Translations under genes and position numbers: made by a program
Notes under the pieces: generated by a model
Databases searched by the model: none
The model's input: only the letters and a program-made list of their open reading frames with translations
Told to the model about the DNA's origin: nothing
Part shown: positions 1 to 8,897 of the stretch, piece after piece
Layout: each line of letters begins with the position of its first letter
Position numbering within the stretch: the stretch's first letter is position 1
Assembly: GCA_020724865.1 (NCBI GenBank)
Contig: DYGA01000002.1
Coordinates: forward strand, 98,657 to 162,656
From: Candidatus Paceibacter sp.
GTDB lineage: Bacteria; Patescibacteriota; Patescibacteriia; S139-126
Length of the DNA: 64,000 nucleotides
Direction of reading: 5' to 3'

Positions 1-300
1 CAAGTTTACAAACGACAAATGGAAATTTATCAGTGGTTGTTTAGAAAAAATGGTTTTACTGTGTCTGATACCGGTTATTTTGTGTATGCCAATGGTAAAA
101 AAGATAAGCAAGCTTTTGATGGCCGGTTGGATTTTGATGTTCAAATAATTCCATATCAAGGAGATGATAGTTGGGTTGATGAAGCAATAACAGCTTCCTA
201 CCAGTGTTTAATTAATAAACAAATACCCCCAGCTTCCCAGAATTGTAATTATTGTCTTTATCGTAAGTCGGCGCAAAAATTGGAAAAAGAAAAACCCTGA
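1..300 (+). CDS. PD-(D/E)XK-family nuclease-like protein, C-terminal part (5'-truncated by window)
   Basis: Frame open from base 1 (QVYKRQMEIYQWL...); QxxxY motif and C-terminal CxYC typical of PDDEXK_1/Cas4-like nucleases. Confidence 0.55.
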   Translation, partial: QVYKRQMEIYQWLFRKNGFTVSDTGYFVYANGKKDKQAFDGRLDFDVQIIPYQGDDSWVDEAITASYQCLINKQIPPASQNCNYCLYRKSAQKLEKEKP

Positions 301-317
301 TATATATCAGGGTTTTT
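291..317. terminator. Bidirectional intrinsic terminator
   Basis: AAAACCCTGATA-TA-TATCAGGGTTTT inverted repeat with A/T tracts between convergent ORFs. Confidence 0.75.
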
Positions 318-333
318 AAAATTTTTAATTAAT

Positions 334-468
334 TATTTCATCCAGAATTTCGTGCGCCCCAACTAGTTGGGGGAATTTTGGGGTAGTAAATTTTTTATGC
401 CATTTATAGGCAGAAAAAATTGAAATTGTGATAAATAATGGCAACCAAAAAATTTTTTTGTTTTTCAT
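334..468 (-). CDS. Unannotated 44-aa small membrane protein (MKNKKIFWLPLFITISIFSAYKWHKKFTTPKFPQLVGRTKFWMK)
   Basis: ATG preceded by AAGGAG SD; TTGACA upstream (540-545, minus); basic-hydrophobic-basic profile; ends near terminator 291-317. Confidence 0.55.
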
Positions 469-616
469 TTTAGCTCCTTGAAATTAGTTGGAAAGTTATT
501 AAAGAAATAATTATCTATTATTATTAATTTTTATATTTTTGTCAATAATAATTAATTATTAGTTTCAAATTTAGTTAGAAACAGCTATAATATAAGTAAA
601 ATAATTAAGAAAAAAT

Positions 617-1084
617 ATGAATAAATTGAAATTAGCAAAAGTGGGGCAAATATTTCTTTTGCTCTGTGGCACTGTGTTTGCTTGGTATATTATCATTCGT
701 GAATTTATAAATTTTTATGCCAATGAAGGCACAATTTTCAAAGTGACTGATTGTGTTTATACCAACCCAGTTACCACTGCGTGTTTTTATGGAGGTATAG
801 GTTTTGTGGTAGCTTTGGGTTGGGCCATTTATTTGTTTAAAAAGCATGAGTATAAAGGCCGTTTATATCACACTATATTTTTACTTGGTGGAACATTGTT
901 TGCTTGGAGTGTGGTAGCGTGGGAATGGTGGAAAATAAAACAAGCCGCCGGTCAGCCAGTGGTTGGGTGTAGTGGTTTAATGAATTCAATTTTTGATTCT
1001 TCTTGTCTTTATGGAGCTAGTTTTTTCTTAATATCTTTTTTGGTGGGGTGGTATATTTTTGATTTAGTAAAAAAATCAGCTTAA
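617..1084 (+). CDS. Four-TM membrane protein, internally duplicated, with Cys pairs
   Basis: Two homologous halves GTxFAW...C..C(F/L)YG..F. Confidence 0.75.
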   Translation: MNKLKLAKVGQIFLLLCGTVFAWYIIIREFINFYANEGTIFKVTDCVYTNPVTTACFYGGIGFVVALGWAIYLFKKHEYKGRLYHTIFLLGGTLFAWSVVAWEWWKIKQAAGQPVVGCSGLMNSIFDSSCLYGASFFLISFLVGWYIFDLVKKSA

Positions 1085-1199
1085 CTTTACAGTTATAATT
1101 TTTATTGTTGATCAATAAAAATTAACTTAATTTTTGATTATTTTATTTTCAAGATAATAAAATAATCAAACGAATAATTAAAATAGTTAAAAATTGAGC

Positions 1200-1586
1200 A
1201 TGCGGGGGCAAAGACGTAATATTATTTTTTTGGCCATTTATATTGCTTTGGCTATTATACTTATTTTGACTCTAATTTATTTTATTTGGCAAACACAGCA
1301 AACTCGAGAACAAAAAATTGAGCAAACTAATCTAATCCCTCAAGTAGAAAGATATTTTATTCACGCCACCATAGATCAGGTTCATGTTTCTGCTCGCGCG
1401 CTAGTGGTAAATTATAATGATGAAAATGGTATTATCGTTGGTTTATTGCCAGAAGCAAAAATTTTAAATCAAAATAATCAAGAAGTATCCTTAACTGATT
1501 TACAAATCGGGCAAAAAATAAAAATTGAAGTAAAGTTTGTGGGCACAAATTCTATTTTAGCTGATAATATTTATCTCGAATATTAA
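1200..1586 (+). CDS. Hypothetical protein, N-terminal TM anchor plus small beta (DUF5666-like) domain
   Basis: ATG at 1200; one TM; C-terminal SLTDLQIGQKIKIE motif. Confidence 0.65.
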   Translation: MRGQRRNIIFLAIYIALAIILILTLIYFIWQTQQTREQKIEQTNLIPQVERYFIHATIDQVHVSARALVVNYNDENGIIVGLLPEAKILNQNNQEVSLTDLQIGQKIKIEVKFVGTNSILADNIYLEY

Positions 1587-2164
1587 TTTTTTTTCTTAAG
1601 ACCTATAAAATAAATTTCTTTACTGTTATTACGGCTGGTATGGGGTTTGAAGCGATAAGTTTTTAAAAAATATTTTTTTAACTGTTGATAAAATTTTTCA
1701 GCTTCTGGGCTCATAAAAATTTTGACACAAAAATTTCCTTGTTTTTTTAGTACTTGATTGGCAATTTTTAGTGCTTGTTCGACTAGGGCAAGCGAGCGAC
1801 TAGAATCAGCAATTTTTATTCCGCTGGTAGCTGGGGCGGCATCAGACAAAACTACGTCAAATTTATTTTTCCATTGATCCATTAAACTATTCAAGGCAAA
1901 AATGTCTTGTTGAATAGTTTTGATATTACTTTGCGGCAAATTTTTTATGGGACTAATATCAACACCAATAACTTTCCCCCTTGGACCAACTATTTTGGCG
2001 CAATATTGCAGCCAAGAACCTGGGGCAGCTCCCAAATCAAGAACATTTTGCCCAACAGTTATTAGTTTAAATTTATTGTTTATTTCTTCTAGTTTAAATA
2101 TCGCGCGCGAGCGGTAGCCTTGAGATTTAGCTTTTTGAGTAAATTTGTCATTTGGTTGATACAT
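1583..2164 (-). CDS. rlmE: 23S rRNA Um2552 methyltransferase RlmE/FtsJ
   Basis: GYRSRAIFKL, VLDLGAAPGSW, VLSDAAP, SKEIY motifs. Confidence 0.95.
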   Translation of the reverse strand: MYQPNDKFTQKAKSQGYRSRAIFKLEEINNKFKLITVGQNVLDLGAAPGSWLQYCAKIVGPRGKVIGVDISPIKNLPQSNIKTIQQDIFALNSLMDQWKNKFDVVLSDAAPATSGIKIADSSRSLALVEQALKIANQVLKKQGNFCVKIFMSPEAEKFYQQLKKYFLKTYRFKPHTSRNNSKEIYFIGLKKKN

Positions 2165-2216
2165 AAAAGCTTGATTTGTGTTATAATAAATATATGATAT
2201 CTTATTTTAATTATTT

Positions 2217-2765
2217 ATGAAATTGGTTATTATTTTTGGTCCGCCGGCTGTAGGTAAATTGACAGTTGGTAGGGAATTAGCAAAAAAGTGCGGATTCAGA
2301 ATTTTGCACAAACAGGAAATATTTGATTTATTGGATGATTTTTTCTTTTTTGGCACCGATGAGTATAGACAAGCTGACGAAGGAATTAGAGAGTTAATTA
2401 TCAAAACCGCCGCCAAACAAAAACACCTTGCGGGTTTAATTATGACTTTTGTCTGGGCTTTCAATGATCAGCGCGATATGGATTTTATAAAAAAAATTTT
2501 ACAGATATCCAAAAAAAATAAGATTGATGTTTATTTTGTTGAATTACAATCCAGCGAATCAGAACGAAAAGCCAGAGTCACTAGCGAAACTAGAAAAGAA
2601 ATGAAAAAAGTGGCTACTATCAAAGGTTTAGAAGCATTGGAAAAGGACAAAGATTTTAGTTCGAATGTTGATTATTTTGCTGATAAAAATTATTTAAAGC
2701 TTGATAATACAGTTTTAAGTGCGGAAAAGTGTGCTGAACTAATTGTAGAATATTTTAAATTTTAA
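2217..2765 (+). CDS. P-loop kinase (shikimate kinase/AAA_33-like)
   Basis: N-terminal GPPAVGKLT Walker A; NMP-kinase-like length. Confidence 0.75.
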   Translation: MKLVIIFGPPAVGKLTVGRELAKKCGFRILHKQEIFDLLDDFFFFGTDEYRQADEGIRELIIKTAAKQKHLAGLIMTFVWAFNDQRDMDFIKKILQISKKNKIDVYFVELQSSESERKARVTSETRKEMKKVATIKGLEALEKDKDFSSNVDYFADKNYLKLDNTVLSAEKCAELIVEYFKF

Positions 2766-2772
2766 AATAAAA

Positions 2773-3402
2773 ATGATTGATATAGTAACAGGTATTTTCT
2801 TTTTTATAATCGTCTTTGTGTCCGCGATTATTCATGAATATATGCACGGTTGGGCAGCAGAACGTCAGGGTGATCCTACGGCTCGTCTGGCTGGACGGTT
2901 AACATTAAATCCCATCCCTCATATTGATCCCGTGGGTACTATTTTTGTACCGTTATTACTTTTGTTTTTGCCTTTGCCGGGTAATTTTTTAATCGGTTGG
3001 GCTAAACCAGTTCCTTATAATCCGTTTAATTTAAAAAATCGTAAATGGGGACCGGCTCTGGTGGCTGCAGCTGGCCCAGCGATAAATTTATTTATTGCCA
3101 TTGTTTTTGGTTTGATTATCAGATTTTTACCACCTTCTGTTTTTACCGCTTTTTTATCGCTGATTGTTTATATAAATATTCTGCTAGCTATATTTAATTT
3201 AGTTCCCATTCCACCCCTTGATGGCTCAAAAATTTTATTTGCTCTTTTGCCGGACAATAAATTTTGGTGGCAATTTAAAATCAATATGGAACGCTATGGT
3301 ATGATACTGGTTTTATTTTTTGTTTTCTTTCTGTGGCAAATTATTGCCCCAATAATTCAGGGATTGTTTCAATTGTTAGTTGGCGCTAATTTTTTAAATT
3401 GA
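2773..3402 (+). CDS. Site-2 protease (peptidase M50)
   Basis: HEYMH zinc motif, NLVPIPPLDG, multiple TMs. Confidence 0.93.
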   Translation: MIDIVTGIFFFIIVFVSAIIHEYMHGWAAERQGDPTARLAGRLTLNPIPHIDPVGTIFVPLLLLFLPLPGNFLIGWAKPVPYNPFNLKNRKWGPALVAAAGPAINLFIAIVFGLIIRFLPPSVFTAFLSLIVYINILLAIFNLVPIPPLDGSKILFALLPDNKFWWQFKINMERYGMILVLFFVFFLWQIIAPIIQGLFQLLVGANFLN

Positions 3403-3453
3403 TTTTAAATTAGTTTAGTTTATTTTTAATTAAGTTAAGTAAGTCCAAATATC

Positions 3454-5580
3454 ATGATTGTCAAGGAAAGCGAAAATAAAATATCACCGCTAGTTGCTTG
3501 GTTAGGAATAATTGTAACTTTTGTGTTTGCTTTGTTTTTTATGTTGGCTACTTTTGTTCCCGATTCCCAAAGCGCTTTGAGTGACAATATTTCTGGTTGG
3601 GGCTGGTCACCATTGCTATCCGGGACATTGGGTAGTTTTACTGGATCTGGTTTTGGTTTGGTATCTTTTAATGATTGTTATTGTTTTTATCCGTCCGGTT
3701 CCGCAGGATATATTTGTCAGGTAAATATAGATCAACCTTGTGTAAGTGATAAGGGTTTAGGGTATGCTCCTTATGGTCTACAGGTTGATTTGCAAACACG
3801 AGAAATTACTGGTTGGGCGTGGGGTCAAGGAGTAGGGTGGATTTGTTTTGGTCAAAGTTGTTGCAATGCTGGTGGTGGTAAAGATTATTGTAATGACTGG
3901 AAAGGTGGTGAATGGGAGCCAAATAATATTAATCCAGATTCTGGCGTTCCAGAGATAACAGTTTCTTATCCAGCTGACCAAGATCCAGCCCCAATTTCTG
4001 GCTGGGCAAAAATTGTTGGTTGGAGTGGTTTAGGAGATGGTCAGTTGGGTTGGATTTCTTTACGGGGTAGGACTACTGATGATGGTTCAGAGTACGGTTT
4101 AAGGTTTTCCACCAGCACTTTGGAAATTAGAGGTTTAGGTTGGGGAGCAATTGGCATTGATGGTTGGTATGATCCTAATATTGAATTAAATAAAAGTTTA
4201 CCCATGGCAGGTTATGGTTGGTTGTGTATTAATGAAGATTATAGAGGTCCAAATCCTGTTCTTGAAAGAGGATTATGTCCAAGAACTGGCGTGCAGGTGG
4301 CTGTGCCTTATATTCAAACAGTTGATGGTGATGTTTATTCCCAAACCAACATTGCCCCTGATTTAAGTGCCCCCAGTGGTAAGTTTAATGCTACTTATTT
4401 AATCATGGCAGGTGGGAATATTCAAAATTTTAGCAGTGAAGAAAAAAGTTCTACTTTTAATCAAGGTGAATATACTATACCCAATTTTCCTTACAGTATT
4501 TCTTTGCCCAAAGCTAGCACCAATTTTTTTAATGTTTTAGGCAGATTGGATATTCCTGGTATTGTTCAGCCGAAAGAAAATAGATATGGGAACTTTGAAT
4601 CTCATACTGGTGATCTGATTATATCTGGAACTTATTCTAGGCCAAATTATCGAGTGGTTGTTGATGGTGATTTAACTTTAGGTGCTGATGTTGCTCCTGG
4701 TTCTTTCACTTACAGTCTTACAACAGATTGGAATTATATAAGTCCAGTAATACGAGAGATGGACGGCCAACTTATTAAAGATTTATTTACAAATATTGAT
4801 GGTGATGTTTATACTTACACTCCTTCACCTGTTGAAGCTGATTATTTTGAAATTGGTAAGGGTTATATTTTTAAAAACAAAGTTGCAGAAAATATTACTG
4901 TAAATGGCACACCAATTGTATCATTGAGATATAGTTTATCTGGAGGTACCCAATATACAATCGGCGCACCTTTTGACATGAATTTTCAGGGAGTTCCTTG
5001 TCTTACTGATGTGTTACACTATAATCCATATCCACCACCAACATGGATTTCAAATTGGAATGTAGCAAAAGGTGAAGGCGTATGGGTTGAAACAATCAAT
5101 TCTAGCACTTGTCAATTTACCAAAAATAGAACCGATGTGTCTGTTGAGTTTACTGGTGGAGCCACAACTTTTGTTGTTTACGGTGATTTGCATATAAATA
5201 GAAATGTTAAATATACGAATGAATTATTAAGTAGCTTTAAAAATTTACCTTCCGTTGCTTATATTGTTTTTGGTGATGTTTATATTGACGCCGAAGTTAC
5301 AGAAATTGATGGTAATTTTATTGTGCTCGGCCAAGATGGCGTTAATTGTCCAAGTGAGCATTGCGGTACTATTTATACCGGCGCGGGCAAAGATTTTCCT
5401 TTGCAAGTCAATGGAATTATGATGGCTAAAAATTTTGTTTTTCAGAGAAATTATGCCACAGTCTTAAAAGATCCAGCTGAAAGGGTGATTTATGATGGTC
5501 GTTTACTTATCAATACCCCACCGGGTTTACAGGATTTTGCTAAAGGTTTGCCCATTTGGTCAGAAGTGGCTCCAAATTGA
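3454..5580 (+). CDS. Large exported Cys/Gly/Trp-rich surface protein (GWAW-type repeats, C-terminal beta-helix-like repeats)
   Basis: N-terminal TM; repeated (I)SGW(A/G)W...GW(I/L) units; VxGDL/V repeats; directly upstream of pilM. Confidence 0.7.
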   Translation: MIVKESENKISPLVAWLGIIVTFVFALFFMLATFVPDSQSALSDNISGWGWSPLLSGTLGSFTGSGFGLVSFNDCYCFYPSGSAGYICQVNIDQPCVSDKGLGYAPYGLQVDLQTREITGWAWGQGVGWICFGQSCCNAGGGKDYCNDWKGGEWEPNNINPDSGVPEITVSYPADQDPAPISGWAKIVGWSGLGDGQLGWISLRGRTTDDGSEYGLRFSTSTLEIRGLGWGAIGIDGWYDPNIELNKSLPMAGYGWLCINEDYRGPNPVLERGLCPRTGVQVAVPYIQTVDGDVYSQTNIAPDLSAPSGKFNATYLIMAGGNIQNFSSEEKSSTFNQGEYTIPNFPYSISLPKASTNFFNVLGRLDIPGIVQPKENRYGNFESHTGDLIISGTYSRPNYRVVVDGDLTLGADVAPGSFTYSLTTDWNYISPVIREMDGQLIKDLFTNIDGDVYTYTPSPVEADYFEIGKGYIFKNKVAENITVNGTPIVSLRYSLSGGTQYTIGAPFDMNFQGVPCLTDVLHYNPYPPPTWISNWNVAKGEGVWVETINSSTCQFTKNRTDVSVEFTGGATTFVVYGDLHINRNVKYTNELLSSFKNLPSVAYIVFGDVYIDAEVTEIDGNFIVLGQDGVNCPSEHCGTIYTGAGKDFPLQVNGIMMAKNFVFQRNYATVLKDPAERVIYDGRLLINTPPGLQDFAKGLPIWSEVAPN

Positions 5581-5635
5581 TTTCATAAAAATTTAAAAAT
5601 ATGGTATAATTTATTAAATATATCAACATTATTTC

Positions 5636-6769
5636 ATGCCATTTTTTAACAAAAAAACTAAAAGTTATCTTGGTGTAGATCTGGGTACAGCTGGTATTAA
5701 AATAGTGGAATTGGCTAATGCCAAAGGTCACGCCAGACTTATAACTTATGGGATTGTTGAAAGTAGCGGTGATATTGTCCGTTCCAATGCCCCAGAAACA
5801 ATCAATAGAGTGGTTGAATTATTGAAGGAAATAACTGAAAAATCAAGAGTGACTACCAATTTAGCTGTTGCCGCTTTGCCGGCTTTTTCTGTATTTAGTT
5901 CTATTTTATCTTTGCCACCCATGCCTAAGAGTGATTTAGCTCAAGCAGTAAAGTGGGAGGCAAAAAAATTTGTTCCCATGCCTTTAGAAGAGATGATTTT
6001 AGATTGGAAATTATTACGAAATTTAAATGATACTTACCAAGAACAAAATGATAAAGAACAGAGTAAAACAGATATAAACGAAAACAAGGAAAATAATTTA
6101 CAAAAAACAGAAAAATCGCAGGAGATTAAACAAAATTATCGGGTTTTGATAACAGCTGCTCCAAAAAATTTAGTAGCCCGCTATTTAGAAATTTTCAAAG
6201 CGGCCGGTCTGAAATTGATTAGTTTGGAAACAGAATCATTTGCTTTAGCTAGGAGTTTGTTTTTTGGATCCAAGTTGCCAATTATGATTATTGATATTGG
6301 TTCATTAACTACGGCTATTAGTATAGTTGAGGATGGAGTGCCAATTTTAAATAGAAGCTTAGATGTCGGTGGAGCTACTTTAACTCAAGCGATTGCTACA
6401 AGTTTAAATATTGATCGGAGGCGCGCCGAACAATTTAAGCGAGATATTGGCATTGCCCAAACCAACGCGGCCAGTGGTATACCTAAAGTTATTGAACGAA
6501 CCTTAAATCCAGTTATTAATGAAGTCAAATATTCACTTAATTTATACCAAAGTCAAACGGCTATTAGTGTGGAAAAAGCGATTTTAGTAGGTGGTAGCGC
6601 TTTTTTGCCAAATTTAACTGATTATTTATCCCAGGTGTTAAATTTAAATGTATTTGTCGGTGATCCTTGGTTTCGCGTGGCTTATCCAGAAGATTTAAAA
6701 TTAGTTTTAGATGAGGTTGGTTCTCGGTTGGCAGTAGCTACGGGATTGGCTATGCGGGATATTGATTAA
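5636..6769 (+). CDS. pilM: Type IV pilus assembly protein PilM
   Basis: GVDLGTAGIK, IIDIGS, LVGGSA actin-like motifs; first gene of T4P cluster. Confidence 0.92.
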   Translation: MPFFNKKTKSYLGVDLGTAGIKIVELANAKGHARLITYGIVESSGDIVRSNAPETINRVVELLKEITEKSRVTTNLAVAALPAFSVFSSILSLPPMPKSDLAQAVKWEAKKFVPMPLEEMILDWKLLRNLNDTYQEQNDKEQSKTDINENKENNLQKTEKSQEIKQNYRVLITAAPKNLVARYLEIFKAAGLKLISLETESFALARSLFFGSKLPIMIIDIGSLTTAISIVEDGVPILNRSLDVGGATLTQAIATSLNIDRRRAEQFKRDIGIAQTNAASGIPKVIERTLNPVINEVKYSLNLYQSQTAISVEKAILVGGSAFLPNLTDYLSQVLNLNVFVGDPWFRVAYPEDLKLVLDEVGSRLAVATGLAMRDID

Positions 6770-6774
6770 TATTT

Positions 6775-7986
6775 ATGTTTGAAGAAAAACCACAAACAAA
6801 CAACGGCAATTTAGAAAAAGATATTAATTTATTGCCCGAAAAAATGCGAGCAAAACAACCATCTCGATCAGTTGATGTTGATAATGGTTCGGAACAAACT
6901 CGTTACACCACGCCGAGTGGTATTTCTACTCCAGTTGGTTACGAAGAAATTTCTTGGTGGCAAAAATTTTTGGGTAGGTTAGGGATTAGAAGAAAGAACA
7001 AATTAAATACTCCAATTGGTCGTAAACCTAATCAAACCACACCGTTACAAAAATTATATGCTCAAGATATTAGACAAACAGATAAAAGAGCTAGTAATGT
7101 CAGTAATAATTTGTCTTCCTCAATCCCCGCAGCAGATAAGCTAGCCACTCCGCCTACACTCGCAGAAAAGCCAAAGGTCAGCAGTGGAAATCTTGAATCT
7201 AAAGCTGATTTAGGCAAACCTTTAAGTATGTTGGAAAAGATTGATCAGCAATTACAACGCGGATTGCATTTAGCTGAAAACAATAAAGATGATAGTGATC
7301 AGTTTGGGGTCAATCTGATACCAGAAGAGATGGTTTCTGAAGTAAATCAGAAAAAGATTTTATTTACTTTATTATATACGGTTATTATTAGCATTTTTAT
7401 TTTGGGCGTTGGTTATATAACTATTCAATTTATACAATTGCAAGAAGCTAAAAAAATACAAAAATTACAGCAAGATATACAACAAGCAGAAAACGATTTT
7501 ATATCCAAGTCAGACGATCTCAAAGCTTTAATTCGTTATCAACAAACTTATGACCATATAAATTTGTTACTGGATTCGCATATTTATTGGGATAAGTTAT
7601 TTAATTTTTTGGAACAAAATGTAGCTGATGATGTTTATTTTTTAAATGTTACGGCTGATAAAAACGGAGTTGTAAATATGAGTATTGTAGCTAAAAGTTA
7701 TGAAGCTTTAGCCAATCAGTATCTTATTTTTAAACAAGCACCAGAGGTTATTTCTGTAAATATCAATAATGCTTCTTTAAGTGAGAATAGCGAGGAATCG
7801 GTAGGTACCCCCACATTATCTACATTCGAATCAAATTTAAGTTTAGCCGCTCAAAGTACTTCAACAGCAACTTCTACCACTGAATTTGATTTACGCTCCG
7901 TAGTGCTTGATTATTACAAAAAGATGCCGGTTAGTTCCCAAGTAAATCTGCAGCTGGATACAAATATTTTTTATCGTGATAATTAA
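6775..7986 (+). CDS. pilN: PilN-like protein with long N-terminal extension
   Basis: INLLP/VNLIP motifs, TM, coiled coil, then YW..L..L....PilN-like domain; follows pilM. Confidence 0.7.
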   Translation: MFEEKPQTNNGNLEKDINLLPEKMRAKQPSRSVDVDNGSEQTRYTTPSGISTPVGYEEISWWQKFLGRLGIRRKNKLNTPIGRKPNQTTPLQKLYAQDIRQTDKRASNVSNNLSSSIPAADKLATPPTLAEKPKVSSGNLESKADLGKPLSMLEKIDQQLQRGLHLAENNKDDSDQFGVNLIPEEMVSEVNQKKILFTLLYTVIISIFILGVGYITIQFIQLQEAKKIQKLQQDIQQAENDFISKSDDLKALIRYQQTYDHINLLLDSHIYWDKLFNFLEQNVADDVYFLNVTADKNGVVNMSIVAKSYEALANQYLIFKQAPEVISVNINNASLSENSEESVGTPTLSTFESNLSLAAQSTSTATSTTEFDLRSVVLDYYKKMPVSSQVNLQLDTNIFYRDN

Positions 7987-7988
7987 TT

Positions 7989-8612
7989 ATGCCCATTGAA
8001 CAGAAAAAAAATAATATATTCATGAAACTTTTATCCCGTTATATTTATATTGTGGCGGTATTGTTGGCAGTTGTATTAATCGGAGCGGGTTATCTGTTTA
8101 TTTTACAACCAAAAATTTCTGAACATAAGAATAATCCCGAACTCACCTTGGAATATCAGCAAAAAATTCTTGAAGAACGGAAAGAGAAGTTACAACAATT
8201 AAACAGTTTGATTGCTGATTATAAAAAATTACCTAACAGTCATTTTGCCAAAATCAATGAACTTTTACCTACAGCCAATGAAGCACCAATAATTTTTACG
8301 CATTTGTCTGGTTTAGCTAAAGCCAATGATTCAGTTTTATTAAATGCCTCTGTTAGTGAATTGGGGGACAGGGATTTAACCACTTTGTTTATCACTGAAG
8401 ATATAGTGACTCCTAAAGATCTAAGAATAGCTGAAGTCACAGCTGATTTTATGGGTAAGGTCGGTAATGACAGTTATCCTTATTTTAAACAATTAGTCGG
8501 GGCAATTGAAAAAAATATTAGATTATTTGATATTCAGCATATCACCTTTTCACCGACTTTAGCCACTTTTAGTTTTTTAGCTCGAACTTATTATTTACAA
8601 AGCAATGAATAA
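7989..8612 (+). CDS. pilO: PilO-like protein
   Basis: TM plus coiled coil, LLP...L..LA, IEKNIRLFDI; position after pilN. Confidence 0.75.
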   Translation: MPIEQKKNNIFMKLLSRYIYIVAVLLAVVLIGAGYLFILQPKISEHKNNPELTLEYQQKILEERKEKLQQLNSLIADYKKLPNSHFAKINELLPTANEAPIIFTHLSGLAKANDSVLLNASVSELGDRDLTTLFITEDIVTPKDLRIAEVTADFMGKVGNDSYPYFKQLVGAIEKNIRLFDIQHITFSPTLATFSFLARTYYLQSNE

Positions 8613-8895
8613 ACAAAAAAGGAAAAATATTATAATGCTTTCAATTTTGCTGGTGGTGGCAGTAATAACCTTTTGGTATTTATTCGGTCAGGGGGGGAAT
8701 GAAACCAATCTTACGGAAATTTTTTCCCAAAATGCGCCCAGCAGTCAAATTGAAACTCAGAAATTGCCGAGTAAACAAATTTTTGATCAAGGTTTGGAAC
8801 AAGATCAACGTTTCCAAGAGTTGATTGATTCGCGTGATTATGTCCCCAATACTAAAGCCAAAAGTCGGGCTAACCCATTTATACCTATTAGATAA
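8605..8895 (+). CDS. Small T4P-associated protein (PilP-position)
   Basis: N-terminal TM, C-terminal R.NPF motif, between pilO and pilB. Confidence 0.6.
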   Translation: MNKQKRKNIIMLSILLVVAVITFWYLFGQGGNETNLTEIFSQNAPSSQIETQKLPSKQIFDQGLEQDQRFQELIDSRDYVPNTKAKSRANPFIPIR

Positions 8896-8897
8896 GT

